This document shows, one piece after another, positions 1-12,720 of a DNA stretch of 64,000 bases (the stretch's first letter is position 1; the number at the start of each line of letters is the position of its first letter). The stretch comes from Eledone cirrhosa. Taxonomy: Eukaryota. The DNA is taken from NCBI GenBank assembly GCA_964016885.1, contig OZ024742.1:304110001-304174000 (forward strand), written 5' to 3'. A model generated the notes under the pieces. The model was given only the letters and a program-made list of their open reading frames with translations, was not told where the DNA came from and did not search any database. The translations under genes were made by a program, and so were the position numbers.

Positions 1-648
1 CCCCAAGGATAAGATGCAAATCTAATACAGCAAACCTTTCCTATGGATGGAATGTAATAAGGCATTCATTGATATTACACTTACATCACGTTTTTAAAGG
101 GTTGTAATATACTACGATATTATACTGACTTGAAATTAGTTTAACTAGTTCATTTCAGATCGAGTGGGAATGGCTCTCGTATATATCTCAAAATGGTTTG
201 TATACTGTGCACTATGTGGGTATTGTATACAAAAGTACAATATTTTATGAAAGTGCAAATTAAACATGTAGATAATATAAAAAAAAACATACCTTATGTA
301 CGTATTAATCTGTAGATTTTGAAGAATGTGAAATGCATCTGCGTATGATTATAAATACGAACCAAATCCACGTCAGTCCCTACCAGACATCACTCAGAAG
401 GCAATAATCAACCCAGGACCTTAGTAATATGCTCAAACAAATTACCAAAAGATGTTTATGATAACGTAAAGAGAAAGCAAGTTCGTTAAACACCAATTTT
501 TTTGTACATGTTATAAAGTCTCCTCTTTTTAATATATATATACAATATATATATATATATATTCAAGGTGCGCTTTCTTTTATCATATTTCTCCTTATAT
601 AACATGATCTGTATAGAATGTTTTCTAACGTCCAAACTGTTTTTCCTA

Positions 649-704
<56 letters not shown>

Positions 705-759
705 TGTGTGTGTGTGTGTGTGTGTTTGCACACGCATGTGAGTATGTGTGCGTGTGTAT

Positions 760-1000
760 CCGTTATACTTTGGGTCATACTCTCAATATAAACACACGCC
801 CCAATCGGTGTTGACTTTTGATTTAACATTATCGGTGCATTGACTAATGTATTTAGCTTTTGGCGTATCAACTGGATATTTATTTGTTAAAGCACTTTCA
901 TCGCAGAACTGAGACATTTTCAATGACCAACATTGCCCGATGCGTCTCCATTTAGTTTTAGTTTTGTTCCAGTTACTCCCGCTGTATCGGTGCAGATACT
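760..1000 (-). mobile_element. Degenerate 3' end/pLTR of a Naiad-like PLE family
   Basis: Minus strand carries the terminal motif ATGACCCAAAGTATAAC (762-778), shared with the Naiad ends at 29474-29498 and 43594-43620. A degenerate minimal HHR, GTCA-TTGAAAA-T-GTCTCAGTTCTGCGAT-GAAAG-TG-CTT-TAAC, lies at 886-927. The upstream boundary is uncertain. Confidence 0.45.
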
Positions 1001-1289
1001 ATGGGTATGGTAGTTATTATATAATTGGTTCAGAGTGTGAAGAGGCTAGGAAACGAAAGTAAATTTAGAGGCACATTAGTCCCGACAGAGAATTATTAAG
1101 AAAGTGCGACATTAACGTATAATTGGCTGGTATGGTCTAATACTAATCATGCAACATAAAGGAAAGGACATGGACGGGCTCATGTGGGCAGCTTAGCAGT
1201 GAATTTTTAAAAGCAAATATGGTCCAAAGTTCTCAAAATTTCAATTGAAATAGCATTATTAATGATTTGACCTGGTGCCAAAAGTAGAA

Positions 1290-1472
1290 ATAATTGTTTC
1301 TACATTAGGCACAAGGCCAGCAATTACCCAGTGCATTACTGGTACTTTATTTTATCAACCCCGTAAGGATGAAAGGCAAAGTCAACCTCGGCGGGATTTG
1401 AACTCAGATCGTAAAGGGATGTAACTATGCTGGAAAGTATGGCGTCCGACCCTCTACCGATACTGCCAATCC
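1290..1472 (-). mobile_element. tRNA-derived octopus-type SINE (family S1), full length
   Basis: Reverse complement reads GGATTGGCAGTATCGGTAGAG (A box)...GAGTTCAAATCCC (B box)...CTTTGCCTTTCATCCTTACGGGG...AAAGTACCAG...GTAGAAACAATTA. About 15 copies in this window. Confidence 0.85.
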
Positions 1473-1496
1473 ACAGAAATAATCAGTAATGATTTG

Positions 1497-1612
1497 TGTT
1501 CAAATCCCACCGAGGTTAACTTTGCCTTTCATCCTTACGGAGTTGATAAAATAAAGTACCATTAATGCACTGGGATAATATCTGACCTTGTGCCAAATGT
1601 AGAAACAATTAC
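1497..1612 (+). mobile_element. SINE S1, 5'-truncated
   Basis: Runs from GTTCAAATCCCACCGAGG to GTAGAAACAATTA and matches the other copies. Confidence 0.8.
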
Positions 1613-2066
1613 TAATGCCTAGTATCGGGTTACTGGGACATGTAAGACAGAAAGATAATGTTATTGTTGATCTGGGTGTAGTAGTTTAGGGTGAGGTTTT
1701 TTTGTTGTATTTAAAACAGTGCCTTATTAATCACAGCAGTTCAAAAGATGCATTAAAGACATTATATACTGAGATGTTCTATTTTAAAGACATTAATGTG
1801 TAATGTGAGGGAAGTTTCGCAATTTTTTTTATTGAGGATCAGTTGACAGTAGACGGGCTTACGTGTTGGCTCCTGGAATATCCAGGTGATATAAGATGTA
1901 TTGATTGTCAGTTAGTGTGTTTGGGTGTATGTATGGTGGGTAGAAGGATCAAAACCATATTAATAAAATAGAATAGGACATATTGATATGTAAACAAAAG
2001 GACAGATTCGCAGATAATTACATAGATAGATAGATAGATAGATAGGTAGATAGTTACATAGACATT

Positions 2067-2188
<122 letters not shown>

Positions 2189-2317
2189 AAAGAATAGAGG
2201 TGTAACACACAAGTTATTATATATTGGTAAACGGAATAGAAAATACTGACAAATTGTTCACAGTTGAAAAATGGTTTAATTAGGAATAAAAGAGTATCAG
2301 TGATTGTATGGGTTAGT

Positions 2318-2517
2318 NNNNNNNNNNNNNNNNNNNNNNNNNNNNNNNNNNNNNNNNNNNNNNNNNNNNNNNNNNNNNNNNNNNNNNNNNNNNNNNNNNN
2401 NNNNNNNNNNNNNNNNNNNNNNNNNNNNNNNNNNNNNNNNNNNNNNNNNNNNNNNNNNNNNNNNNNNNNNNNNNNNNNNNNNNNNNNNNNNNNNNNNNNN
2501 NNNNNNNNNNNNNNNNN
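2318..2517. other. Assembly gap (200 N)
   Basis: Run of N. Confidence 0.99.
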
Positions 2518-3634
2518 GAATTATTCCTGCTATTTAAATTCACCGAAATATTCCTGCATTCGGCGGTGGATTGTACCGGGATGATGGGCTCCTCACACTC
2601 AAAGGGTACAACCCCAGTAGTACAGACCGGGCCCGTAAACAATTAATCAACTTCTTCTGGGGACTGGGGATTTAAAATCACCATACTCGAGTCAATTTCT
2701 GGAAGTTACCCTTAACCTCGAAAATGATCTGTACTACCCATACAGAAAACAAAACGACAACCTGCACTACATCCACCGCCGCTCTAACCATCCTAGAAAC
2801 ATCACCAATAACCTGGTTAAAAACATCTCCCTCCGCATATCTCGTTTGCCCGCTAATGTGCAGATATTCGACGAACACTCGCCTCATTACAACCAGGCCC
2901 TCAAGCGGAGTGGCTTCCGGGAGGAAATATCCTTTTATCCAGCTTCCCTTAGCGGAACCAGCAGGCGGCACCGCCCCTCACGCAACGTAACGTGGTTCAA
3001 TCCTCCCCATAATAATGCCGAGGTGGCAACACCTATCGGGAAAATCTTCTTTAGACTCCTCGAAAAACACTTCCTACTACAACACCGCTACCACAACATA
3101 ATCAACACAAACACCATCAAACTCTCCTACAGCACCACACCTAACTTCGCACAAAACATCGTCTCCCCGAACAACAAAAAACTCAACTCCTATGGAAGAA
3201 ATAACCTAGACATCAGTGGAAAGCCGACCAGGAGGTGTAACTTCCCTGATAGATCTACGTGCCCCCTCAACAACAAATGCTGAGAACGTAACGTGATCTA
3301 CCAGTGTAACGCGAGGACGGACACCTCCAACAAAGCTTATATAGGATTAACCGCGTGTGACTTCAAGACCCCGCTCTACCAACACCGACTTACTTTCCGA
3401 AACTCGGTCCGGCGACCTGCCACTACACTTTCGGGCCACATCTGGGACCTCCAAAATAATAATATAACCTACAATCTCACTTGGAGCTTACTGTCCAGAG
3501 CTAACTCTTACACGGGAGGACGCCGTCCGTGTAACTTATGCTCGGAGGAAACATTACAAATGCTGTTTTCGAAGAACCAACTCCTAAACAAGAAAGACGA
3601 ACTGGTAACCGCATGCAAACACAGAAAAACGTAG
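2518..3634 (+). pseudogene. Penelope-like element ORF remnant: RT C-terminal half (GLYRDDGL) plus GIY-YIG endonuclease, frameshifted and with a stop
   Basis: Conceptual translation gives GGLYRDDGLL (YRDD at 2574-2585), VNFLEVTLNL, YIHRRSNHP, TWFNPPHN, NTIKLSYS, CPLNNKC*ERNVIYQC...AYIGLT, HIWDL and CNLCSEE. ORFs 2846-3283 and 3293-3634 share one frame, separated by a TGA. Confidence 0.85.
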
Positions 3635-4575
3635 GTCTTACCTCGCCCTCAAACCCCATAACGACCCGGGTGGGTAGACAAGGGCTGATACCCCCCCCCA
3701 CAAACACACACTTGCCGAATAAGTTAGGGGAAACCCCAGCTTACATAGGCAGATGTATCTATTTTCTTTTCTTTTCCTCATTGTCTTCTTCTTCCCCCTG
3801 TCTCATCCTATCACTTCCTTCCACCCCCTATTTTCTCCCTAGACTGCTTTTCGCCTTTCGCCTACCCCGATGCAGCCCATCGGGCCGCTGTAGCATCAGT
3901 TCCCTCACCCCTGTAATTTTAAGATAGAATTGGCCGAATACGTTTTACTAACTACTTATAGTAGACGTGTTAAACCCCTTTAATTTTGTATCAGTTTTGG
4001 TACTACTCAATTTCTACAAGTTTTTTCTATTCTCAACTTATTAACCTGTAATTGTAAGATAGTATTGTGATTTTTTATTCATTTCTCACTATCTAATTTT
4101 ATATATTTTTTCTTTCTTTTTTTCTTTCTTTCTATTATCTTTTATTGTCTCCTACTGTTATTCGGTTCACCTATTCTATAACCCCCTCTTCCACTTCATA
4201 CACTATCCTTAAATCTGCTGTATACATATCACTTTCAACGCTTGACCGCTCCTGTCACTCCCCTATTGTTTTACAGGCAAGTTCAGCCACCCCTACATCC
4301 CACCAAATGCCATGATAGACTTATTTGTGTTTACAACAAATTTTAACCAATCCTCTTGACAACTACAATCTTCCCATATAAGGAAGTACCACCTTGACAA
4401 GTTCGGCTATTTATTCACCAGGCTAAACATTCTAATTTAGTCCAGAAATAGCCGTCGAAACGGCTTCAGCTCTGCCGTCGGGGTCATACTTTTTCCTATT
4501 TCCCACTCTACTACACTAAGTATTGAGTACTCTGGTGCGTTAGGGTCCGCATGGTTCCTTACCACAATTCCTTTG
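3635..4575 (+). mobile_element. 3' UTR/pLTR of the same PLE, with a degenerate HHR-like motif
   Basis: Pyrimidine-rich UTR directly after the ORF, ending at a (TA)n tract. TTGACAA (4394-4400) + CGGCTATTT...AAATAGCCG stem + GAAAC (4457-4461). The segment at 4449-4510 recurs diverged at 43769-43832. Confidence 0.5.
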
Positions 4576-4649
4576 TTATATATATATATAATAATAGGAC
4601 ACTGGTGGGTTATATCCGTAGTAGTAGAGCACCCAGTCCATGGACAAGT

Positions 4650-4756
4650 TTGGTAGATGTAGTTCCACAACAGTTAGTTCACCATACTGAGAACAATTGT
4701 TTCACCTTATTCGGATCACCCACTCAGTTATAACCAGCTGATGATCCGAATAATGT
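4650..4756. repeat. Fold-back fragment of a PLE-pLTR-like family (homologous to 60285-60428)
   Basis: Inverted pair TTATTCGGATCA...TGATCCGAATAA. Shares CACAACAGTTAGTTCACCATAC.GAGAACAATT with 60294-60326. HHR-like halves CTGATGATCC and GTGAAACAATTGTTC are present. Confidence 0.5.
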
Positions 4757-4943
4757 TTAGTAGTAATAAATTGGTAGAATTATCCAACGCATAGAGCAAC
4801 TAAAGACCGTAGGCTGAGTTGTAATATATCAATTTTCAACATTACGTCCATAACTACATACACACACACGCACACAGAGACGTAAGCGCGCACGCACATA
4901 CACACAGACACACACTTATATTATATATATACATATATATATA

Positions 4944-5118
<175 letters not shown>

Positions 5119-5425
5119 CGAGCGAGAGCAAGGCGGACATGGATAGAGTGATATATATTTATTTATATTCATTTTATTTAGACGAAATAGTGAGTTTTGT
5201 TACTTTGGAATTTCAACTAAAACTCCATATATATATATATATATATACTCATATATCTCCGACAAATAACCGACAAATAACCGAAAGTGGCTTCTTCGCG
5301 GTGGCCCCAATAGAGTATTTATCCAACATTTCGACAGCATGTAGAAACTGACTAAATATACCACCAACCATACACAATTAGGTGTAAAATTAAACTGAGA
5401 AGAAATGTGTACATACCGTAATTAT

Positions 5426-5502
5426 ATCTCTACCATGGTTTCATCCGTATTTTTAGACATCCAATTAATAGGAATGTCTTGAGTTAGGATTCATCAGGAG
5501 AC
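5426..5502 (-). ncRNA. Type I hammerhead ribozyme (R656, copy 1)
   Basis: Minus strand reads TCTC-CTGATGA-ATCC...GGAT-GAAAC-CATG-GTA^GAGA: canonical core, stem I TCTC/GAGA, stem II ATCC/GGAT, palindromic stem III ACCATGGT. Predicted cleavage between 5431 and 5430. Confidence 0.85.
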
Positions 5503-6081
5503 AAACTCAAAATCAGACATTTAGTTTTCCAACTTGATCGCGCCAAAATTAGATTCAAAAATGGCTAAGAATCGCTATGTGGCTGTGATCAAGCTAGAAA
5601 GAATGTGATTGGTTGCTTACGGCGGGTAGGCTTGTTGCTAGAAAGCGCAGCCAAATATCGCCAAATTGAATCTCAACCTAACGGGAGATTATTAAATATA
5701 AAGGTTTACATATACATAAAGTTATAGATATATATGCTGCAACCGGTCAATTTTAGGCTCTATGAAGAATTAATAAATTAAATAATCAGAGCAATATATC
5801 ATAAATCATGTCCTTAGAATTATTAGATAAAATATATACCATTTCCTCTTCCAATTAGCATAATTAACTATATAAAAAATCAATTAGACCAAGCTATAAG
5901 AAGAAAGGCTCTTATGAAGAAATCTCCGACAAATAATCGAAAGTGGCCTCTTCGCGGTGGCCCCAATAGAGTATTTATCCAACATTTCGACAGCATGTAG
6001 AAACTGACTAAATATACCATCAACCGTACACAATTAGGTGTAAAATTAAACTTAGAAGAAATGTGTACATACCGTAATTAT

Positions 6082-6158
6082 ATCTCTACCATGGTTTCAT
6101 CCGTATTTTTAGACATCCAATTAATAGGAATGTCTTGAGTTAGGATTCATCAGGAGAC
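6082..6158 (-). ncRNA. Type I hammerhead ribozyme (R656, copy 2)
   Basis: Same motif as 5426-5502, shifted by 656 bp. Confidence 0.85.
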
Positions 6159-6268
6159 AAACTCAAAATCAGACATTTAGTTTTCCAACTTGATCGCGCC
6201 AAAATTAGATTAAAAAATGGCTAAGATATATATATATATATCAGTATGTATATATCTATCTATATATA

Positions 6269-6301
<33 letters not shown>

Positions 6302-6304
6302 CCG

Positions 6305-6352
<48 letters not shown>

Positions 6353-6360
6353 ATATATAT

Positions 6361-6776
6361 ATATTAGTAAAAGGAAAAGAAAATGCTGATAAATTTTCCC
6401 CAGTGAAAAATAGTTTCATTAGGAATAAGTATAAATTAGTAATAAGTATTGGTTACTATTCAGTTTTAGTTTTAAGCTTTTACTCGTTGCGCATTTCTAA
6501 TGCTTTTCAAAAATAATTTTGAGATAGAGCGCTCGTGTTGTTTGCTCTAACAGATTAGAGCAAACATCACGAGCGCTCTATCTCAAAATTATTTTTGAAA
6601 AGCATTAGAAATGCGCAACGAGTAAAAGCTTAAAACTAAAACTGAATAGTAACCAATACTTATTACTAATTTATACTTATTCCTAATTAAACTATTTTTC
6701 ACTGGGAAAACTTTGTCAGCATTTTCTTTTCCTTTTACTAATATATCACAACTCGTGTGTTACACCTCTATTCTTT

Positions 6777-6782
<6 letters not shown>
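6361..6782. repeat. Near-perfect palindrome with arms of about 190 bp between (TA)n tracts
   Basis: 6361-6550 is the reverse complement of about 6556-6745, centred on CTCTAA-CAGA-TTAGAG. A diverged copy of the family lies at 2184-2317. Confidence 0.85.
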
Positions 6783-6832
<50 letters not shown>

Positions 6833-6836
6833 CATA

Positions 6837-6890
<54 letters not shown>

Positions 6891-8489
6891 TAAGTGTGTG
6901 TGTGTAGGTGTGTGTAAGTGTGTGTCTTTATTGATATATACTATTAATAAAATGGTAGAATTGTTCAATACAAAGAGCAACTAAAGCCAGTAGGTTGAGT
7001 TGTAATATATTACTATCAAGTCCATAACTACAATGAAAATGTGACAAGAAAGCGCGTTTTGTTGGCTGAAACAAATTTTTAGCTTGTGCTGGGCCGCGAA
7101 AGCCTCGGATGTAACTTTTATAAAAGAGGAAAAAAAGGAGATCGGTTAATAGGGTGATAATATTTTAGGAAGGATGAAAATGAACATTGTAATTTTGAAA
7201 TCCCAGCATTGATATGGGGGGGGGGGGGGGGGGGGGGGGTAGAAATTGAAGTCAGGAAGATACTAAGAGCTAAATATTTGAAAAGTACGTATTAAAGTGG
7301 TAAACACTACACAGGCCAGAATAATGAATAAATTATAGAGTTAGTTGTTATAGAGTCCAGTTTATTAGAAGGTACAACATGGTGGGGGGACAGCAGGAAA
7401 GGAATACTGGGTGGGTGGTTAAAGATCTATTGTTACTCAAAAGATCATGAAGTATCCACCACCTCTCACGTTGGCATAACTGCAAAATTTGAACCGATTT
7501 ATATATGGTCAAGATTGTTCAAATATCTTCCATTTCATGTAGAAGCTTCTGTTCATACCATTGTTGTCCACTCCATATCTTTTTTCTTCTTCTTCTTCTT
7601 CTTCTTCTTCTTCTTCTTCTTCTCCTATTCGTCCGTTTAATTTCTCTCTCACTCTCTCTCTCTCTCTCTCTCTCACTCTCTCTCTCTCTCTTTATCTCAC
7701 ACTCTCCCTCTGTATATATGTGCGTGTTTGTGTGTAAGTGCGTTTATATATATATATATATGACATACACACAAAAGCACACCTATTCTTCATCATTTAC
7801 GCTTCTTCTTCTTCTTCTTCTTCTTCTTCTTCTTCTTCTTCTTCTTCTTCTTCTTCTTCTTCTTCTTCTTCTTCTTCTTCTTCTTCTTTATTTCATTTAA
7901 TTGTTTGTGCATCGCATGCATGCATATTTGTGGGTGTACTTATATGTGTATCCGCGTCTGGGTTATTCAGTGAGTTTCTTCGTGAGTGTGTGTGTAGGTT
8001 TGTGTCTGTGTCTTTGTATCAGTGTGTTTGTGTGTGTGTGTGTAACTTATTGACTGCGAGGAAGAAATAGAATGTTCCGGATAGAATTCACTTTAATAAG
8101 CAGAAGACCCACAAGTAGTCGGAACAACTGCTGTTCACTAGCGCCATTTTCTAGCAAGCATGTAATACAGAGATAACGTCGAAAGGAAACCGCCATCACC
8201 AGCAAGGTTTGTAAAGCATCAACCAGATATATCCGGCAGAGGGGCTTTAGTAACCATAGCAACACAAGATTAATACCGTATTCATCAGTATTCCTGCTCA
8301 ATCGTAATCCAATCAGTAAAGAAATACTCGAATATTTGCGTCAGTCATATTCCACAGAGTTTCATGGTTGTACCTTTTCAATCTCACTAGATAGAGAGTT
8401 ATAGTCTTTGCTTTGCTAGGTTAGTTGAGGGATTGGCACAAATAGCGGCATTGCCTTAGCAACAAATAGCCATGTCTCACTAGAAACAA

Positions 8490-9101
8490 ATAATTGTTTC
8501 TACTTTTGGCACAAGACCTGCAATTACCCCAGTGTATTACTGGTATTTTATTTTATCGACACCGTAAAATTCAAATTCAAATTAACCTCTGCGGGATATG
8601 AACTCAGATCATAAAGGGCCGTAACTCTCTGCTGCAAAGCATGCCGTCCGACTCTCTACCGATACTGCCAAACCATCACTCTAGCAACAAATAATGGTTT
8701 CTTATTTAGGCACAAGCCCAACAATTTTGGGTGAGGGGAAAGTCGATTAAATCAACCGCAGTTCATTACTGTGCTTTATGTTATCAACCTCGTAAGGATG
8801 AAAGGCAAAGCTAACCTCGGCGGGATTTGAACTCATATCATAAAGGGCCGTAACTCTATGCTGCAAAGCATGGCATCCGGCCCTCTACTGATACTGCCAA
8901 TCCGTCTAGCAACTAATAATTGTTTCTATTTTTGGCACAAGGCCAGCAATAACCCCAGTGCATTATTGGTACTTTATTTTATCGACCCCGTAAGGATGAA
9001 AGGCAAAGTTAACCTCGGCGGGATTTGAACTCAGTACGGCAAGGGCCGTAACTCTATGCGTCAAATCATGGCGTCCGACCCTCTACTGATACTGCCAATC
9101 C
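8490..9101 (-). mobile_element. Three head-to-tail SINE S1 copies (8490-8674, 8691-8903, 8915-9101)
   Basis: Each copy runs from ATAAT(T/G)GTTTCT to TACTGCCAA(T/A)CC. Copies are separated by CTAGCAAC(A/T)AATAA. Confidence 0.9.
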
Positions 9102-9402
9102 TCTTAGCAACAAACAACTATTTCACCCTAGCCACAACAGCAGCAATGTCACTCTAGCAACAATGTCACCCTAGCAACAATGAGCAACCTCACTCTAGAA
9201 ACTAACAGCAAAATCATCCAAGCAACCAACAGCGATGACACCCTAGCAACAAACAGTGACATCACCCAGACAAAGAACAGTAACCTCACTCTACCAATAG
9301 ATATTTCCTCCAGTCTAGCAACAACAAACATCATCATCACCCTAGCAAAAATCAAAGACGTTACTCTAGAAGCAAATAGCGACATCACTCTAGCAACAAA
9401 CA
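9102..9402 (+). repeat. Degenerate 24-bp minisatellite (consensus about ATCACTCTAGCAACAAACAGCGAC)
   Basis: About 12 units of TCAC(T/C)CTAGCAACAA-like sequence. Reads as a TLATNSDI-like 8-aa repeat in ORF 9180-9434. Confidence 0.75.
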
Positions 9403-9449
9403 TTTATAACTCATTTTATTTTTCAGTTAGTTAGCAACGGAAAATAGCA

Positions 9450-9512
9450 TTACTATTACTACGATTATCATTATGCTCCTCCTCATCATCATCATCATCA
9501 CCACCACCGTCC

Positions 9513-9572
<60 letters not shown>

Positions 9573-9770
9573 GCAGCAAGAGCATCTTCCTCACCAACAA
9601 CATCATCAGCATCTTCACCATCAATATTACCAACACCATAATTATCATCATTATCCTCATCATCTTAACTATCATAACCCTTACCCTCACAATCATCATT
9701 ATCACCATCCTTACAATCATCATCAGCATCGTCATCAACACCACCATCATCACCACCACCACTAAATCAT

Positions 9771-9806
<36 letters not shown>

Positions 9807-9965
9807 TTCAAATTCATCACCATCATCATTAACGTCTTCATTTTATCGTCATCCTCGTCCTAATTATCATCGTCCTCGACAGCACCACCAGCAACATCAT
9901 CAGCAACATACTCATCATCATCATCGTCATCACCATCATTAATATCATCATCATATAACTCATTA
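9450..9965. repeat. (ATC)n/(CAG)n/(ACC)n compound trinucleotide repeat
   Basis: Directly visible. Similar tracts at 12920-13145 and 13255-13465. Confidence 0.9.
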
Positions 9966-12599
9966 GCATCTGCAGTAGAGGTAGGTGTATTGCCATTAGC
10001 CTAGTGGTCGGGACATATGCAACACAAAAAAAAAACATCAATAACGACAGCAACAACAGCAACAGCAACAGAACAAAAAAATACACAAACAAGAATAACA
10101 AGGTAAATACAAATAGACTGCAACTATTTAACTGAGAAATGTCACCACAATATTAATTTGAACAAGAACAACAACTACAACAAGCATTATCGACAAAGAA
10201 ACGATGGCAAGACTGCGTTGTTGTTTCTCTCCAAGAGATTGCTTCCAAATTTCATTCAAATAATGCACTCGCATCTTAAGTTAGAAAGGACGAATTAGAT
10301 AAAGTAGTCCTACATATTTTTAAATAGATGACACGGTCGTGGTTTGGATACTGCTAAGATATAAGATCTGCTTAATCTGAGTTGATTCGGGGCTACTGCA
10401 ATGTCTCAGTATTGGTAAAATCAGTGGCATGTTAATAAATATAACATTAGTTACGATGAGATGAATAAGCCAAGAAGGAATCATGTATGAAGTAGCTTGA
10501 TCTAAAAGAAACAGCAGAAAATACTTCCTCAAATCACAGATGAAGATTAAATAATGCATCAAAACTGTATTTTCGTTAGACTGGACTTAAGGTGTATAGT
10601 CATGTCTGTTATTAATTTGATCAAAACTCAGCTCGGCCTGGGTTCATCTAGAAATAAACACCAAGGATGGGGTAATCATTGTCAGTTTTCGCGGTGAGTG
10701 TTTAGTTTTTAAGTATTTGAAATACCTGCGTCATTCCTTAGCAGAATTAGCGTCACAAGTCAGATACAGTCAACGCAAGTAGTGAGATAAAAAGGTCTGA
10801 ATATTTATTTGGTCATGGAAGTAAGCAATCGAGATAACTCATATAACATTGGCTGATTCAAGGCTTTTGGGACAATAGAAACGGAGTGGGTATTGTCTAT
10901 AAGCCAAGTTGGCGAATTGCTAAATCTCCTCAGCGAAGCATATACAATTTAAAAGTTGGCTTGACTAAGAATGGTCATCTATAGATATAGGAAAAAAGAA
11001 TTAAATATGTCGCTGGTTATACCTGTGAAGAAATTGTGAGGCAAACTGCCTGAGGTGAGTGCTCTGCATAAAATATATCGTCTTATTAAAAGAGTAAGAG
11101 TCTATGTTATGTATTCATTATGCAGAACACTCCCTTCAGGCACATTGTGTTCACATTGTTGACATAAACTTTCATACACGCACCCGTCAGCACACACAGA
11201 CACATACAAACACACATACACACACGTAGACACATGAATATATACATATATATATATATATATATTTATGCGTATGTGTGCGTGCGCGTGTGTGTTTATG
11301 AGTGCGGCCAGAATTCATTGTCGTCCACACGGCCTAAAAGCAACACGACCCGTCAAATCACAAGTGACCAGATCAACATTCGATAATAGACGGAAATAAT
11401 TGATTTCCTCAGAGTGGTTTTGTACTGGAGGCGTAGACATCATGGTAAAATCAGACTGTATAACAACAACCACACCCAGAGAAAAATGTGTGTATATCGT
11501 TTAGTGAAACAGTTTAGTGTAAACAGTTGCCGTTCTTAATATATAGTAATTAATTTTCTATTTAATACTAAACGTGATTGCTTGCTTGCTTGCTTATCTG
11601 TAATGTAATACAGTCAAAAGGGCACATAATGGGAAAACACATTGAAAGGAAGTTGCCCCTGAAATGGGAATACAAATGGAATAAAAGAAGTTTCGCGTAA
11701 ATCGGACCAAGTATAATCGAAGAAGTTGATAAAAGAGAAGCAAGCCGTTAAAATACATTTATAAAAAGCTCTTACGCCAATGGGGCTCTTCAGAGGCTTT
11801 TAAAGAAATAAAGAATTTAATAATGAACGCTGTACGGGTATGAGTAAATTGTTTACATCGAAATTCATACCTCAGTGTTACAGAGCTTAGTGTTTATGTT
11901 TATGAGCAAAGGGAGGTAATTCCAGGTGCTAGTTAGAGTTATCTGCTAAATTAAAATCCGCTATTACAAAATATCTTTTATTCCCCTACTTCTACTTACA
12001 ATGTGCTAATTTAATTATGCATTGTCAAGTCAATTTAAAGAGGCACTGTTAAGGCATGAATGTGAGTGTTAAATATGATTAGGGTCGGGTCATTAAAGAC
12101 TATACACCAGTTTTAGTTAGTATAAAGCTGCAATTTCAACGCAGGCTTAAGCGCCGAGAAAAGTAAAGGCATATACGATGGGCCCTGCATAATTACATGA
12201 TCATACATCCACGATGTTTGAAGGGTATAATCATCAATTCTGCAAAGTTACTCAAAGTTTAGTCTATTAATGTGGAAGAATACGACGAGGTAATCCTGTC
12301 TGAGCATATGTAGCAGGACGACGGGGCTGGGTAATAGTATAGTTCACAGATGTTTAATTTTTAGCCCACCGTTTTAAGTCTTGCTAATGTGCGGTGTAAG
12401 AGGTCCTGGTATTATGGTGTTTGAGTATTATCCGGGGTCCATCTATACAAGGACTGCCGTAGTCTATGGCCGCAATTGATAATGGTTTCGGCTCGACAGT
12501 TGATGAGATCAAGGGGTCCTTGCACACATATATATATATATACATAAACACATATATATATATATATATACATGTGTGCGTATGGGTTATATCAAAAAT

Positions 12600-12720
12600 T
12601 AATAATGGTTTCTTATATAGGCACAAGGCCAGCAATTTTGGGGGAGGGGGACAGTCGATTAATTCGACCCAGTGCGTGACTGGTACTTTATTTTATCGAC
12701 CGCATAAGGATGAAAGGCAA
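12600..12720 (-). mobile_element. SINE S1 3' half (variant with GGGGGAGGGGACAGTCGATT insert)
   Basis: GGCACAAGGCCAGCAATTTTGGGG...GGTACTTTATTTTATCGACC...GGATGAAAGGCAA. Confidence 0.8.

Larger units (their letters stand above)
5253..6226 (-). mobile_element. Retrozyme-like element family R656: about 1.5 tandem units of a 656-bp non-coding monomer with two hammerhead ribozymes
   Basis: About 5266-5570 is repeated at 5922-6226 (offset 656). Both copies contain a minus-strand HHR. Flanked by (TA)n. Homologous to 43933-44638 in the opposite orientation. Confidence 0.8.

Noticed and set aside
3281-3283. In-frame TGA in the PLE ORF as selenocysteine (some Naiad PLEs encode selenoproteins)
   Set aside because: It follows the Cys of CPLNNKC and aligns to Leu in the homologue at 54 kb (CPPDFKCL). 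The copy has other lesions and I saw no SECIS, so an ordinary nonsense mutation is more likely.
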